A stretch of 64,000 bases of DNA, taken from contig CAZELA010000001.1 of NCBI GenBank assembly GCA_964512835.1, positions 169,372-233,371 on the forward strand, read 5' to 3'. Under the pieces are notes generated by a model. That model was not told the DNA's origin, did no database searches, and saw only the letters and a list, made by a program, of their open reading frames with translations. The stretch is from an uncultured Candidatus Saccharibacteria bacterium. Its GTDB lineage: Bacteria; Patescibacteriota; Minisyncoccia; Phycocordibacterales; UBA2100. This document shows positions 27,555 to 35,590 of the stretch, piece by piece. Position numbers and translations under genes: made by a program. Each line of letters starts with the position of its first letter. The first letter of the stretch is position 1.

Positions 27555-28295
27555 TTACGCAGCGACGGGCTCTTCCGGGACCGCGAGTTCGTTGCCGTAC
27601 TCGTCGAACCCGCGCTTCAGGATCGCGATCTGCGCACGCATGTTGATCATGCTGAAGGCGCGGTGCGTGAACTGGCTCACGAGCTTGTGCACCGGCCGGT
27701 GAACGAATTGTTCGCACTGGTCGAGCATGTGCATGATCTCGCGCGCGCGACGGATTGTTTCCTTGGTCGGAACCGGTCCGAGATACGCGGAGAGATCGTT
27801 GTTGATCCGCCCGAGCACCCAATTCGAGGCCCACTGCGATTCCGGTATACCCTCGTCGGACTTGCAAACATAGTCGCGCACGAGACCGCCGATGTACCAC
27901 GGGGCCATTTTTACGAACTCGGCATGATCCGACGAGGCGTGATCATCACACCAGAGAGCGGTACGGATGTACGCCAGAATGAGCGCGGGGTAGACCTTCC
28001 ACATTGCAAAGTGCGGCGACCCGTGTTGATTCTTGGCGATCTCCTGGAAGATCGCGTCGGGCTCGTTGATGTGACCGGTGAGCAGCGCTTCGAAGATCGA
28101 TGCGAGGTATTGCTCCTCTTTTAGAATCGAATACGTCTCGAAGCTGACGACGAGCCGCGCGCGGTCGTGCGCGTGCGCCATGCTGCCCATGATCGCGGCA
28201 ACGACGAGGTCGTGCTGCAAATCGGCATTCGGTCCTTCAAGATAGGGGTGTGCGTTGAGCAGCCGATTTACGCGCGCCGTGTGTTGAACGTCCAT
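27555..28295 (-). CDS. Hypothetical protein (246 aa)
   Basis: AAGGAGA ribosome-binding site. The ~120-nt leader carries three CCCTTTCAG direct repeats. Confidence 0.55.
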   Translation of the reverse strand: MDVQHTARVNRLLNAHPYLEGPNADLQHDLVVAAIMGSMAHAHDRARLVVSFETYSILKEEQYLASIFEALLTGHINEPDAIFQEIAKNQHGSPHFAMWKVYPALILAYIRTALWCDDHASSDHAEFVKMAPWYIGGLVRDYVCKSDEGIPESQWASNWVLGRINNDLSAYLGPVPTKETIRRAREIMHMLDQCEQFVHRPVHKLVSQFTHRAFSMINMRAQIAILKRGFDEYGNELAVPEEPVAA

Positions 28296-28414
28296 TGGAA
28301 TCTCCTTTCAGAGACGGTGTGAGCCCCTTTCAGGGCGTTTCAAGGAGCAGAGGCCCTTTCAGGCATGCCGCCAGTACTGTGCAATATTCGTATAAAAAAG
28401 CAAGTCATATAAAA

Positions 28415-28438
28415 AGGCGAGGGCCGCAAGGCCCTCGC
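28415..28438 (-). terminator. Hairpin GGCGAGGGCC-gcaa-GGCCCTCGCC
   Basis: Followed on the minus strand by a T-rich, AT-rich promoter region. Confidence 0.65.
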
Positions 28439-28456
28439 CGTTATTCGTCACAACTA

Positions 28457-28645
28457 TCAGTGCATTTGCTTCTGAGCGGCGACCTCTTCGTGGCCGCACG
28501 ATTCGCAGCGGATACAGTTGTCGTATCGCACTACTGAGCATTTACCGCACGCATCGCAGGGATCATCCAGGTACGCGTCACTCATCGCGGCGATCATCTG
28601 TGATACGGCACCCGTCGCATGGAGGCGTCGGTGCGCTTTCTTCAT
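28457..28645 (-). CDS. Zinc-ribbon protein (62 aa)
   Basis: CDACGKC...CIRCESCGHE, a 4-Cys zinc ribbon. GGAGGG ribosome-binding site. ATGA overlap with the upstream membrane gene. Confidence 0.5.
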   Translation of the reverse strand: MKKAHRRLHATGAVSQMIAAMSDAYLDDPCDACGKCSVVRYDNCIRCESCGHEEVAAQKQMH

Positions 28646-28845
28646 GGCTTCGTGGCCCTCCGGTAGTAGATGGTGGTTGCAATTCCGACCGTCATCATAA
28701 TCCCGCTCGTGAGCACACCGCATCCCAGTGATGCGAGTACGCCGACGGTAGTCGATGTGTCGATCATGGTCATGAACTTTGCCGTTGTGGCGCCCGCAAG
28801 CGCAAGCGCGACCACGGCGGTCTCGGCGGTATCGGTGATCCTCAT
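28642..28845 (-). CDS. Small membrane protein (67 aa)
   Basis: GAGAGGA ribosome-binding site. TTGCAT-17-GCGTAGGAT (28870-28878). Confidence 0.5.
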   Translation of the reverse strand: MRITDTAETAVVALALAGATTAKFMTMIDTSTTVGVLASLGCGVLTSGIMMTVGIATTIYYRRATKP

Positions 28846-28921
28846 GGCAGGTCCTCTCGTCCCGCGAAAATCCTACGCCCGAGGCGCCGGGAATGCAATC
28901 ACTCGGGGTGCGTATAGCAAA

Positions 28922-28943
28922 CGGCTCCGCGTGTGCGGAGCCG
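28922..28943 (-). terminator. Hairpin CGGCTCCGC-gtgt-GCGGAGCCG
   Basis: 9-bp stem followed by a T-rich tract on the minus strand. Confidence 0.55.
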
Positions 28944-28960
28944 GAATGCGGAATGACGGT

Positions 28961-29245
28961 TTATGCGGAAACCTGCGAACTCGTCGAATTTGAGGCTTCG
29001 TATGCGGCCTGTCGTTTGACTTCGCGTCGGTACGCGAAGGCATCAAGGTACTCGCGCACTGCCGTAGGAAGCATAGCGAGAGCTGCAATGAACAAACCGA
29101 ATGCGACGGCACTCAATATCACGACCGAGAGCGGGGCAGTGAACTGCCAGGCAAATACGGCAACCGTGACCGGCGCGGTATTCATAAAGGCAAAATCAAC
29201 TGCAAGTGCACCCACGATCATTCCGACAATGAGAAACAAGATCAT
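28961..29245 (-). CDS. Membrane protein (94 aa)
   Basis: Three transmembrane segments. No clear ribosome-binding site. A TTGACA promoter with the palindrome CGAAATATTTCG sits between -35 and -10. Confidence 0.45.
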   Translation of the reverse strand: MILFLIVGMIVGALAVDFAFMNTAPVTVAVFAWQFTAPLSVVILSAVAFGLFIAALAMLPTAVREYLDAFAYRREVKRQAAYEASNSTSSQVSA

Positions 29246-29317
29246 ACGCAGAAATGTTAGCTGCTAATCCTGAGTATGAGACGGTCCGCGGAGCCCCGGA
29301 TTTCAGGAAGATGTTAT

Positions 29318-29329
29318 CGAAATATTTCG
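29318..29329. promoter_or_regulatory. Perfect 12-bp palindrome CGAAATATTTCG
   Basis: Lies in the promoter region of the 28961..29245 gene. Confidence 0.4.
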
Positions 29330-29350
29330 CAATTTCTGTCAAATGAAAAC

Positions 29351-29371
29351 GGCTCGGGGTTCACCCGAGCC
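29351..29371 (-). terminator. Hairpin GGCTCGGG-gttca-CCCGAGCC
   Basis: Followed by GTTTTCATTTGACA on the minus strand. Confidence 0.6.
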
Positions 29372-29399
29372 GAGTACGCGTATTCATACGCAACAAGAA

Positions 29400-29624
29400 C
29401 TACTGTCCCGACTCCTGACGACGCTTCCGTTCGATACGTTGCTCGCGCCCGCTGACGACCAGCCAGATGATGAATGCGATCACGAACAGTACCGACAGAC
29501 CGACCTGCCCGAGCGGTCCGATGCCGAGTGCATGCGGCAGCGGTGACGCGGAGAACAATTCGATCAGCAGTGCCGCAATGAAGTATGACGGCAACATGTG
29601 AAGGTCTTTGGCTTTCAAAAGCAT
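29400..29624 (-). CDS. Small membrane protein (74 aa)
   Basis: AAAAGG ribosome-binding site. -10 GGTTAGGAT at 29680-29688. Confidence 0.45.
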   Translation of the reverse strand: MLLKAKDLHMLPSYFIAALLIELFSASPLPHALGIGPLGQVGLSVLFVIAFIIWLVVSGREQRIERKRRQESGQ

Positions 29625-29711
29625 CAGTGTAGTGCCTTTTCTCTTTGGTAGAGGGGAGATGGTCAAACGACCGTGGTGTATCCTAACCGATTTTTCCGCA
29701 ATGAACAGAAG

Positions 29712-29743
29712 CGGGCCGGAAATCGCTGTGGATTTCCGGCCCG
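29712..29743 (-). terminator. Array hairpin CGGGCCGGAAATC..GATTTCCGGCCCG
   Basis: 13-bp stem. Confidence 0.65.
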
Positions 29744-29757
29744 AAATGTTCACTGTG

Positions 29758-30090
29758 TCAGTTCACGACAATGCGCTGTTTGAGTCGCGCGGCGTTCATA
29801 TTGCGTTCGATGCAGATCAGCGTTGCCGCCGCATGCCCGCGACTTTTACGTGCAGCGCGATAGCGGCGTGCCGCGTAGAGGTCTCGCGCTTCCCGAAGCT
29901 CGGCCTTGAAGACGCGCACGAGGGTGTCGCTTTTCCAAGACGGATGCTGCTTGAGCAGTGAGTCGAGCTTCTGCTGCATCTCATCCAAGAGTTTGAGACG
30001 CTTCGATATGTTTCCTTTCGGGGCGGGGCGCGCGATGCGCACACTCCTGCGCCTGATCCGGTCACACATTGCCTGGATCGTTACCAGCAT
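29758..30090 (-). CDS. Basic coiled-coil protein (110 aa)
   Basis: AAAGGAA ribosome-binding site. Divergent from the helicase gene. Confidence 0.4.
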   Translation of the reverse strand: MLVTIQAMCDRIRRRSVRIARPAPKGNISKRLKLLDEMQQKLDSLLKQHPSWKSDTLVRVFKAELREARDLYAARRYRAARKSRGHAAATLICIERNMNAARLKQRIVVN

Positions 30091-30194
30091 TCATCGGTTC
30101 CTTTCACTTTTTTCCCGTTCAGTACCATACCACGAGTTTCATTCCTGACAATGGTCGGATATCTGTGCATATCGTGCGGTGTTACACTGCTGCG

Positions 30195-33100
30195 ATGACA
30201 ACGCGCTCCGTTCCTCCGAAAAAAGAAAAGCGGTCGCGTGCCGAAGCGAATGCCGTCTTCGCCCGGTACTACAAAACGCTGAACGATGCGCAAAAGAAGG
30301 CCGTCGACACGATCGAGGGACCGGTAATGGTTGTTGCGGGGCCGGGCACGGGAAAAACACACATTCTGACACTTCGTATCGCCAACATTCTGAGCTCGAC
30401 CGACACGCCGCCGGACGGCGTGCTTGCGCTCACGTTTACCGAGGCTGGTGTCGACGCGATGAAGCGCCGATTGCTGAAAATGATCGGTCCGACAGCGTAC
30501 AAAGTCGGCATTTACACGTTCCACGGATTTTGTAACGACGTGATTCACTCGCACCCCGAGTATTTTCCGAGGATCATCAGTTCGGTCGCGCTCACTGATA
30601 TTGAATCGATCCTCTATATACGTCAGGCACTGACCGAGCTGCCGCTCTCGAAACTGAAACCCTTCGGCGACCCGTACTTTTATGTCCAGCCGATAAAAAG
30701 CGCTATCTCGACGCTCAAGCGCGAGCATCGAACTCCGCAGGACGTCATCGAAACAAGTGCTCGTCTTTTGCAGGAGATCGAAAACGATCCGGAGTCAGTG
30801 CATCAAAAGGGTGCACACAAGGGAAAGGTAAAAGGCGCTGCGCAGACACAGATGGACCGACTGAGAAAAGAGCACGAACTTGGGCTCGTGTTCGAGTGGT
30901 ACGAACAGAAGCTTGCTGCGATGCGTAAATTCGACTTCGACGACATGATCGGCGAGGTGGTACGTGCGCTCGAAGCCGACGAATCGTTCAGGCTCACGGT
31001 GCAGGAGAAGTATCTGTATATCCTTGCCGACGAGCATCAGGATGCAAACGGCTCGCAGAACAAGCTGCTGGAGTTGCTCGCTTCGTATCACGAGTCGCCG
31101 AATCTGTTCATCGTCGGCGACGAGAAGCAGGCGATTTTCCGCTTTCAGGGGGCGACGCTCGACAGTTTTTCTCATTTTCAAAAACTCTTTCCGAACGCCG
31201 TACTTATTCCGCTCACGGATTCGTATCGATCCGGCACGGCACTTTTGGATGCGGCACACGGCCTAATGCGAGATTCCATTCCCGAGGAACGGCATCCGAA
31301 GCTTGTCAGTAAACTCGATAATCCGAACCTTGCGTACTTGGAGCAGCGCACGTTTTCGAGCGAAGAGACCGAGATCGCGTGGGTTGTTTCGGCTGTTGCG
31401 GAGAATATCGCAAAAGGGGTTTCGCCGGATGACATTGCGATCATGTACCGCACGAATGCGGATGCAAAGGCGATCTCTCGGGCTCTCTCGCTGCACGGAA
31501 TCCTGCACGCGCTCGATTCAAAAAGCACAATATTCCATGAGCACGTGATCGCGCAGCTGGTAACGTACCTGCGGCTCTGTATGCATATCGGCAGCAACGA
31601 GTATCTAGCTCATGTGCTGCATTTCCCGTGGTCGGGCATAACGCCCCATGATGTATACAAGATTCTGATATTCGGCGACCGACGCCGCATTCCGTATGTG
31701 GATGTGATTGCATCGCGTGAATATTTGCAGGAGGCGCGTGTACATGACGCTGCTGCCGTGAGCGCATTCTCAGACAGTCTGCGTCGACTATCCAAAATGG
31801 GACACGAAGAAAACGCGCGAGACTTTTTCGACCGAGTACTGCATGAGAGCGGGCTCTTGTCGTACGTGCTCAAGCGCACGGACGCCGTATCCATATTGAG
31901 CGCGGTCCGCGGGCTCGCCCGGACCCTCGAAACGCTGAGTGCGACCAAGACGTTGTACACCGGCAGAGACTTTGTCGAAGACATCGGGCTGTACGAAGAG
32001 TACGGTATCGAGATCGAACCCGATATCGAGCCGAAAGAAAGGACGGGCGCGATACACCTCGTGACCGCGCATCGCAGCAAAGGTCTCGAATACGAATATG
32101 TGTACATCGTGCATGCGCGCGATGCTCACTGGGGGAACCGGTCGTTGCGTAACAACCTACCGCTCTCAACCCTTGCCGCCGCTCCGGAGAGCGACCTTGA
32201 AGACGAGCGTCGTCTCTTTTATGTGGCGCTTACCCGAGCAAAGCACTACGTTTCGGTTTCGTACGGTACAACGTCGGCGACACGCACGCGCGAAAGCACG
32301 ATCACGCAGTTCATGCTCGAAATTGACCCCGACCTCGTTACCGTGTGCGAGACGGAAGCGTTTGAGTCTTCCATCAGGCCCGAGGCATCGTTTGCTGTTC
32401 GCGCACTGCCGCAGGACTCGATGAGTGACGCAGAATTCCTGCGCGACGCATTCATCGAACAGGGTATATCGGCAACGGCACTGAATAACTACCTCGACTG
32501 TCCGTGGAAATATTTCTACCGCAACTTGGTGCGTGTACCCGAAAAGCCCACGCAGAGCTCGCTGTACGGTAATGCGCTGCATAATGCGCTGAGACTGTTC
32601 CGCGATGTCTGCGCCTCGACACGCGTATATCAGCCGCTGCCGGTTTTGCTCGACTTTCTGAAAACATCGGTCGATACGCAGGGATTTACACCGGTGTTGT
32701 ACGAAGAAGCCCATGCGAAAGGCGTGCGTGCGCTTACGGAATGGCACGAGCGGAACAAGGTCGGGTATCAGTTCCATGTACTGTGCGAGAAAAAATTTGA
32801 GGTATACATGCCGCTCGAATCCGCGCCGCTCGATACGGTGCTTCTGCGCGGCCTCATCGACGTGATCGAATTTAGCGGTGACGGGGACGTGCGCGTGATT
32901 GATTACAAAACCGGTAAGCATAAAAGCAGAAACGAGATCGAGGGCGGCACGAAAAATGCGACCGGCGATTACAAGCGGCAGCTCGATTTCTACTGCATCC
33001 TCCTTGAGCGTGCCGAGATGCAGGCCCCGTCGCGTTTATCGCTCGAGTTCATCGAGCCTGATACGAAAGGAAATACGGTCGTGCATGATTTCATGTACGA

Positions 33101-33239
33101 CGCACCCGCGGTTGCGGAGCTGAAAGAAACGATCAGGCGAGTCGCGGGCGAAATATTTACCCTGACATTCATGCAGCAGGGATGCAAAAAGGATGACTGC
33201 GAATACTGTGCGCTCCACGAGCTCACCGAGCGTGCGTAG
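30195..33239 (+). CDS. UvrD/PcrA-like SF1 helicase fused to a C-terminal PD-(D/E)xK (RecB/Cas4-like) nuclease domain
   Basis: Walker A GPGTGKTH. Helicase motifs (LTFTEAG, DEHQD, VGDEKQAIFRFQGA, TAHRSKGLEYEYV). Nuclease motif GLIDVIEF..IDYKTG. Four Cys residues (DCPW...CKKDDCEYC) positioned like a Cas4/AddB Fe-S cluster. The ORF-track start at 30069 was trimmed to Met43. Confidence 0.8.
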   Translation: MTTRSVPPKKEKRSRAEANAVFARYYKTLNDAQKKAVDTIEGPVMVVAGPGTGKTHILTLRIANILSSTDTPPDGVLALTFTEAGVDAMKRRLLKMIGPTAYKVGIYTFHGFCNDVIHSHPEYFPRIISSVALTDIESILYIRQALTELPLSKLKPFGDPYFYVQPIKSAISTLKREHRTPQDVIETSARLLQEIENDPESVHQKGAHKGKVKGAAQTQMDRLRKEHELGLVFEWYEQKLAAMRKFDFDDMIGEVVRALEADESFRLTVQEKYLYILADEHQDANGSQNKLLELLASYHESPNLFIVGDEKQAIFRFQGATLDSFSHFQKLFPNAVLIPLTDSYRSGTALLDAAHGLMRDSIPEERHPKLVSKLDNPNLAYLEQRTFSSEETEIAWVVSAVAENIAKGVSPDDIAIMYRTNADAKAISRALSLHGILHALDSKSTIFHEHVIAQLVTYLRLCMHIGSNEYLAHVLHFPWSGITPHDVYKILIFGDRRRIPYVDVIASREYLQEARVHDAAAVSAFSDSLRRLSKMGHEENARDFFDRVLHESGLLSYVLKRTDAVSILSAVRGLARTLETLSATKTLYTGRDFVEDIGLYEEYGIEIEPDIEPKERTGAIHLVTAHRSKGLEYEYVYIVHARDAHWGNRSLRNNLPLSTLAAAPESDLEDERRLFYVALTRAKHYVSVSYGTTSATRTRESTITQFMLEIDPDLVTVCETEAFESSIRPEASFAVRALPQDSMSDAEFLRDAFIEQGISATALNNYLDCPWKYFYRNLVRVPEKPTQSSLYGNALHNALRLFRDVCASTRVYQPLPVLLDFLKTSVDTQGFTPVLYEEAHAKGVRALTEWHERNKVGYQFHVLCEKKFEVYMPLESAPLDTVLLRGLIDVIEFSGDGDVRVIDYKTGKHKSRNEIEGGTKNATGDYKRQLDFYCILLERAEMQAPSRLSLEFIEPDTKGNTVVHDFMYDAPAVAELKETIRRVAGEIFTLTFMQQGCKKDDCEYCALHELTERA

Positions 33240-33317
33240 GCCTTGCCTTCATCCGGGTTTCAGATTTAGATACGAATAGCGACGCTCCGTGGGGAGCGCA
33301 CAACAACGGAGATCACC

Positions 33318-34304
33318 ATGCGCATCTTGTATGCATGTGCCCTCGTGCTGTGCACGGCCGGGGCTGCCTTTGGGCAAGGATCGTCGATGGATGAACGCAT
33401 TGCTCATCACTATGAGTATGTCGAGAGCACTAAGTTCAAGGACCTCATTCGGCACTACCGCGAATGGTGGTTCGCGTCGGACAGCGAAAAGGACCGCTGT
33501 GCGGCACGCATGGAGGAATTGACCGCGGGACGATCGTTCACGGTCGGATCCATGTATGGCGACCAGACCGACGAAACGCTTCGGCGTGAGCGGTGTCTCG
33601 ACATCTATTCGCACGTGTTCGGCGGTGACGCACTGCCGATAGGCGGAACATCGATGACTGCGTCACCGTCGATCGAATCGGTGGGCGAGTATCTGTTCGT
33701 ATACATCAACTCATTCATCGGCTCGCGCAACGACCTGATCGGCATGCTTGAGAAGCTGGCACCGGAGACGGTGGCGCGCACACGCACTGTCGTCATTGAC
33801 GGCCGGAGTAATCCGGGCGGCAGCGTCGAAGTTCTGCACGATGTCATGAACGTCATGTTCTCGCCGAAACCGGGCGTGCAGTACCTGAAGCCCCGGGGCA
33901 AGGTCACGTACGGTACGCATTTTGAGACGAACCGCACGGGCATGTTCGCCGGTCGTGACATCCGAATCCTCACCGATGCGGAGACGGGGTCATCAACCGA
34001 ATGGATGGTCGAAACGCTTTGTTACGAGTGGTATCCGGACTCGTGTGTATCGCTGGGTACCAAAACGCTCGGCAAGGCGATTCTGCAGTGTTCGCAGAAA
34101 ATGTCGTACCCTGATCAGCGTTTCAGCGTGAAGCTGACGTGCGGAGAATGGTTCCTCGTCAACAAGCGAAAGACCCAGGACCCCGTCGTGGAGGAGAAGG
34201 TGCAGGGTATCGGCATCGAAGCCGATCAGCCGCTGACCTTTCCGGACTGCGACCGGTACGCGTACGCATGTATCGCCAAGAAGCTGACCGAAGCAGGACT
34301 TTGA
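33318..34304 (+). CDS. S41 family peptidase (C-terminal processing peptidase-like), secreted
   Basis: Signal peptide. IDGRSNPGG and TDAETGSSTEW motifs. Confidence 0.65.
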   Translation: MRILYACALVLCTAGAAFGQGSSMDERIAHHYEYVESTKFKDLIRHYREWWFASDSEKDRCAARMEELTAGRSFTVGSMYGDQTDETLRRERCLDIYSHVFGGDALPIGGTSMTASPSIESVGEYLFVYINSFIGSRNDLIGMLEKLAPETVARTRTVVIDGRSNPGGSVEVLHDVMNVMFSPKPGVQYLKPRGKVTYGTHFETNRTGMFAGRDIRILTDAETGSSTEWMVETLCYEWYPDSCVSLGTKTLGKAILQCSQKMSYPDQRFSVKLTCGEWFLVNKRKTQDPVVEEKVQGIGIEADQPLTFPDCDRYAYACIAKKLTEAGL

Positions 34305-34310
34305 TATCAA

Positions 34311-34345
34311 CAACGAAAAAGCGCCGGAGACCCCGGCGCTTTTGT
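34311..34345. terminator. Bidirectional terminator
   Basis: aaaaagcgccggagaccccggcgcttttgtttttt. Confidence 0.7.
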
Positions 34346-34354
34346 TTTTTATGC

Positions 34355-34873
34355 TTAGCGTGCCCGCACCTTGAGGCGTGTCTGGCGCTTCTTGTTGATT
34401 TTCGGAAGGCGAATCATGAGTACGCCGTGTTTTTCGGATGCCTCTGCCATGTCTACGTCGACTTCTTCCGGCAACAGGATTGTTCGGGCAAAAGATCCCC
34501 AATACAACTCGCGCTGGTAGTAGCCGTCTTCCTCGACTTCTTTATCGTCGGTGCGAGAGCCGGAGATCGTGAGCATTTCACGGGTGAGTGCGATATCGAT
34601 CGTCGACGGCTGCACTCCGGCAATCAAGGCCTTTACGACGATTGCGTCGTTGGTCTGGTATACATCGACGGCGAGCTCGCCTCCCGGATCGGTTTCGTGT
34701 GTCTCGGTATCCGGATCTTTGTTGAACTGCAAATGACGAGGTCGTTCATCAGAACCTGCCGGGCGTTCAGCCGGCTGGTCTGCGTAGTAATCATCGTACT
34801 CGTCGGAGCTGCCTGTTATTTTCGAGAAAAAAGAAGGTTTTTTTATCATGTTTCGAATCAGTTCCTGCGCCAC
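34355..34873 (-). CDS. Hsp20/alpha-crystallin family small heat-shock protein
   Basis: Alpha-crystallin domain GELAVDVYQTNDAIVVKALIAGV..ELYWGSFARTILLPEEVD..GVLMIRLPK. Confidence 0.8.
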   Translation of the reverse strand: MAQELIRNMIKKPSFFSKITGSSDEYDDYYADQPAERPAGSDERPRHLQFNKDPDTETHETDPGGELAVDVYQTNDAIVVKALIAGVQPSTIDIALTREMLTISGSRTDDKEVEEDGYYQRELYWGSFARTILLPEEVDVDMAEASEKHGVLMIRLPKINKKRQTRLKVRAR

Positions 34874-35586
34874 TGCGGATGGATGCGCTTTATATATTCA
34901 AGTACCGCCAAGAGCGCTATTACGCCAAGCCAGACAAAAGAAAATGTGCGGAACAAACTATCTTCCGCCGTATTCAGTATAAAAAAGTTAAAGGCGCTAT
35001 GCAAAACACAAGCGAGGATAACTCCAAGGAAGACATAGCGGCGCTTGATGCGTTTGGATGCGTAAAACGAGAGGCCCATAGCGACGCCGATAACGGCGGA
35101 CGAGAGCACGTGCAAAAGCGTTGCGCCGATAAAGCGCAAATTGCCGGTGATGAATGTCTGGACGAACGTCTCGCCGCCGAGCGGTGAGAGCAGGAACAGT
35201 GTGTTTTCAGCCGCCGCGAAGCCGAGTGCAACCGTCACCATGTAGATCACAGGGTCGATCGGCTCGTCGTCTTCGCGCCGCTTGAGCACGGTGATGCGTG
35301 CCGCAAAGAATTTCATCAGTTCCTCGATGAACGACCACGCGGTGAATACGAGTGTTTGCGATGCGATAAAGAAGCCCGGCATGACGAAGTCCTGAATGAT
35401 CGGCTGGACGAAACGCTCCATCGGGATCACGACTGCTACCGTAACCATGCCCGCAAAAAAGGCGAGCGCGATGAGTGATCGGGGCTCGGGGTGCGCTGCA
35501 TCTTCGCGGCGCCAAAACCACAACCATGCGAGTGCAGGCAAAATGCCGCCTGCAGCGGCTGCAAGTATGGCTTCGAGGCCGTTCAT
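34858..35586 (-). CDS. PrsW-family intramembrane metalloprotease
   Basis: Multi-transmembrane. EELMKF and FAAAEN motifs plus a conserved His helix. Confidence 0.65.
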   Translation of the reverse strand: MNGLEAILAAAAGGILPALAWLWFWRREDAAHPEPRSLIALAFFAGMVTVAVVIPMERFVQPIIQDFVMPGFFIASQTLVFTAWSFIEELMKFFAARITVLKRREDDEPIDPVIYMVTVALGFAAAENTLFLLSPLGGETFVQTFITGNLRFIGATLLHVLSSAVIGVAMGLSFYASKRIKRRYVFLGVILACVLHSAFNFFILNTAEDSLFRTFSFVWLGVIALLAVLEYIKRIHPQWRRN

Positions 35587-35590
35587 GGCT

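Noticed and set aside
14900-29750. Possibility that the repeated hairpins form a CRISPR array
   Set aside because: The hairpins are palindromic, which CRISPR repeats usually are not. Their spacing is irregular (300-1100 bp). The intervening sequences are protein-coding genes with ribosome-binding sites. No cas genes are present.
14900-29750. Integron attC sites / gene cassettes
   Set aside because: The repeats lack the R''-L''...L'-R' core (GTTRRRY) and the extrahelical-base architecture of attC. No intI integrase or attI site is in the window. Each unit carries its own promoter, unlike typical promoterless cassettes. Only an analogy is noted.
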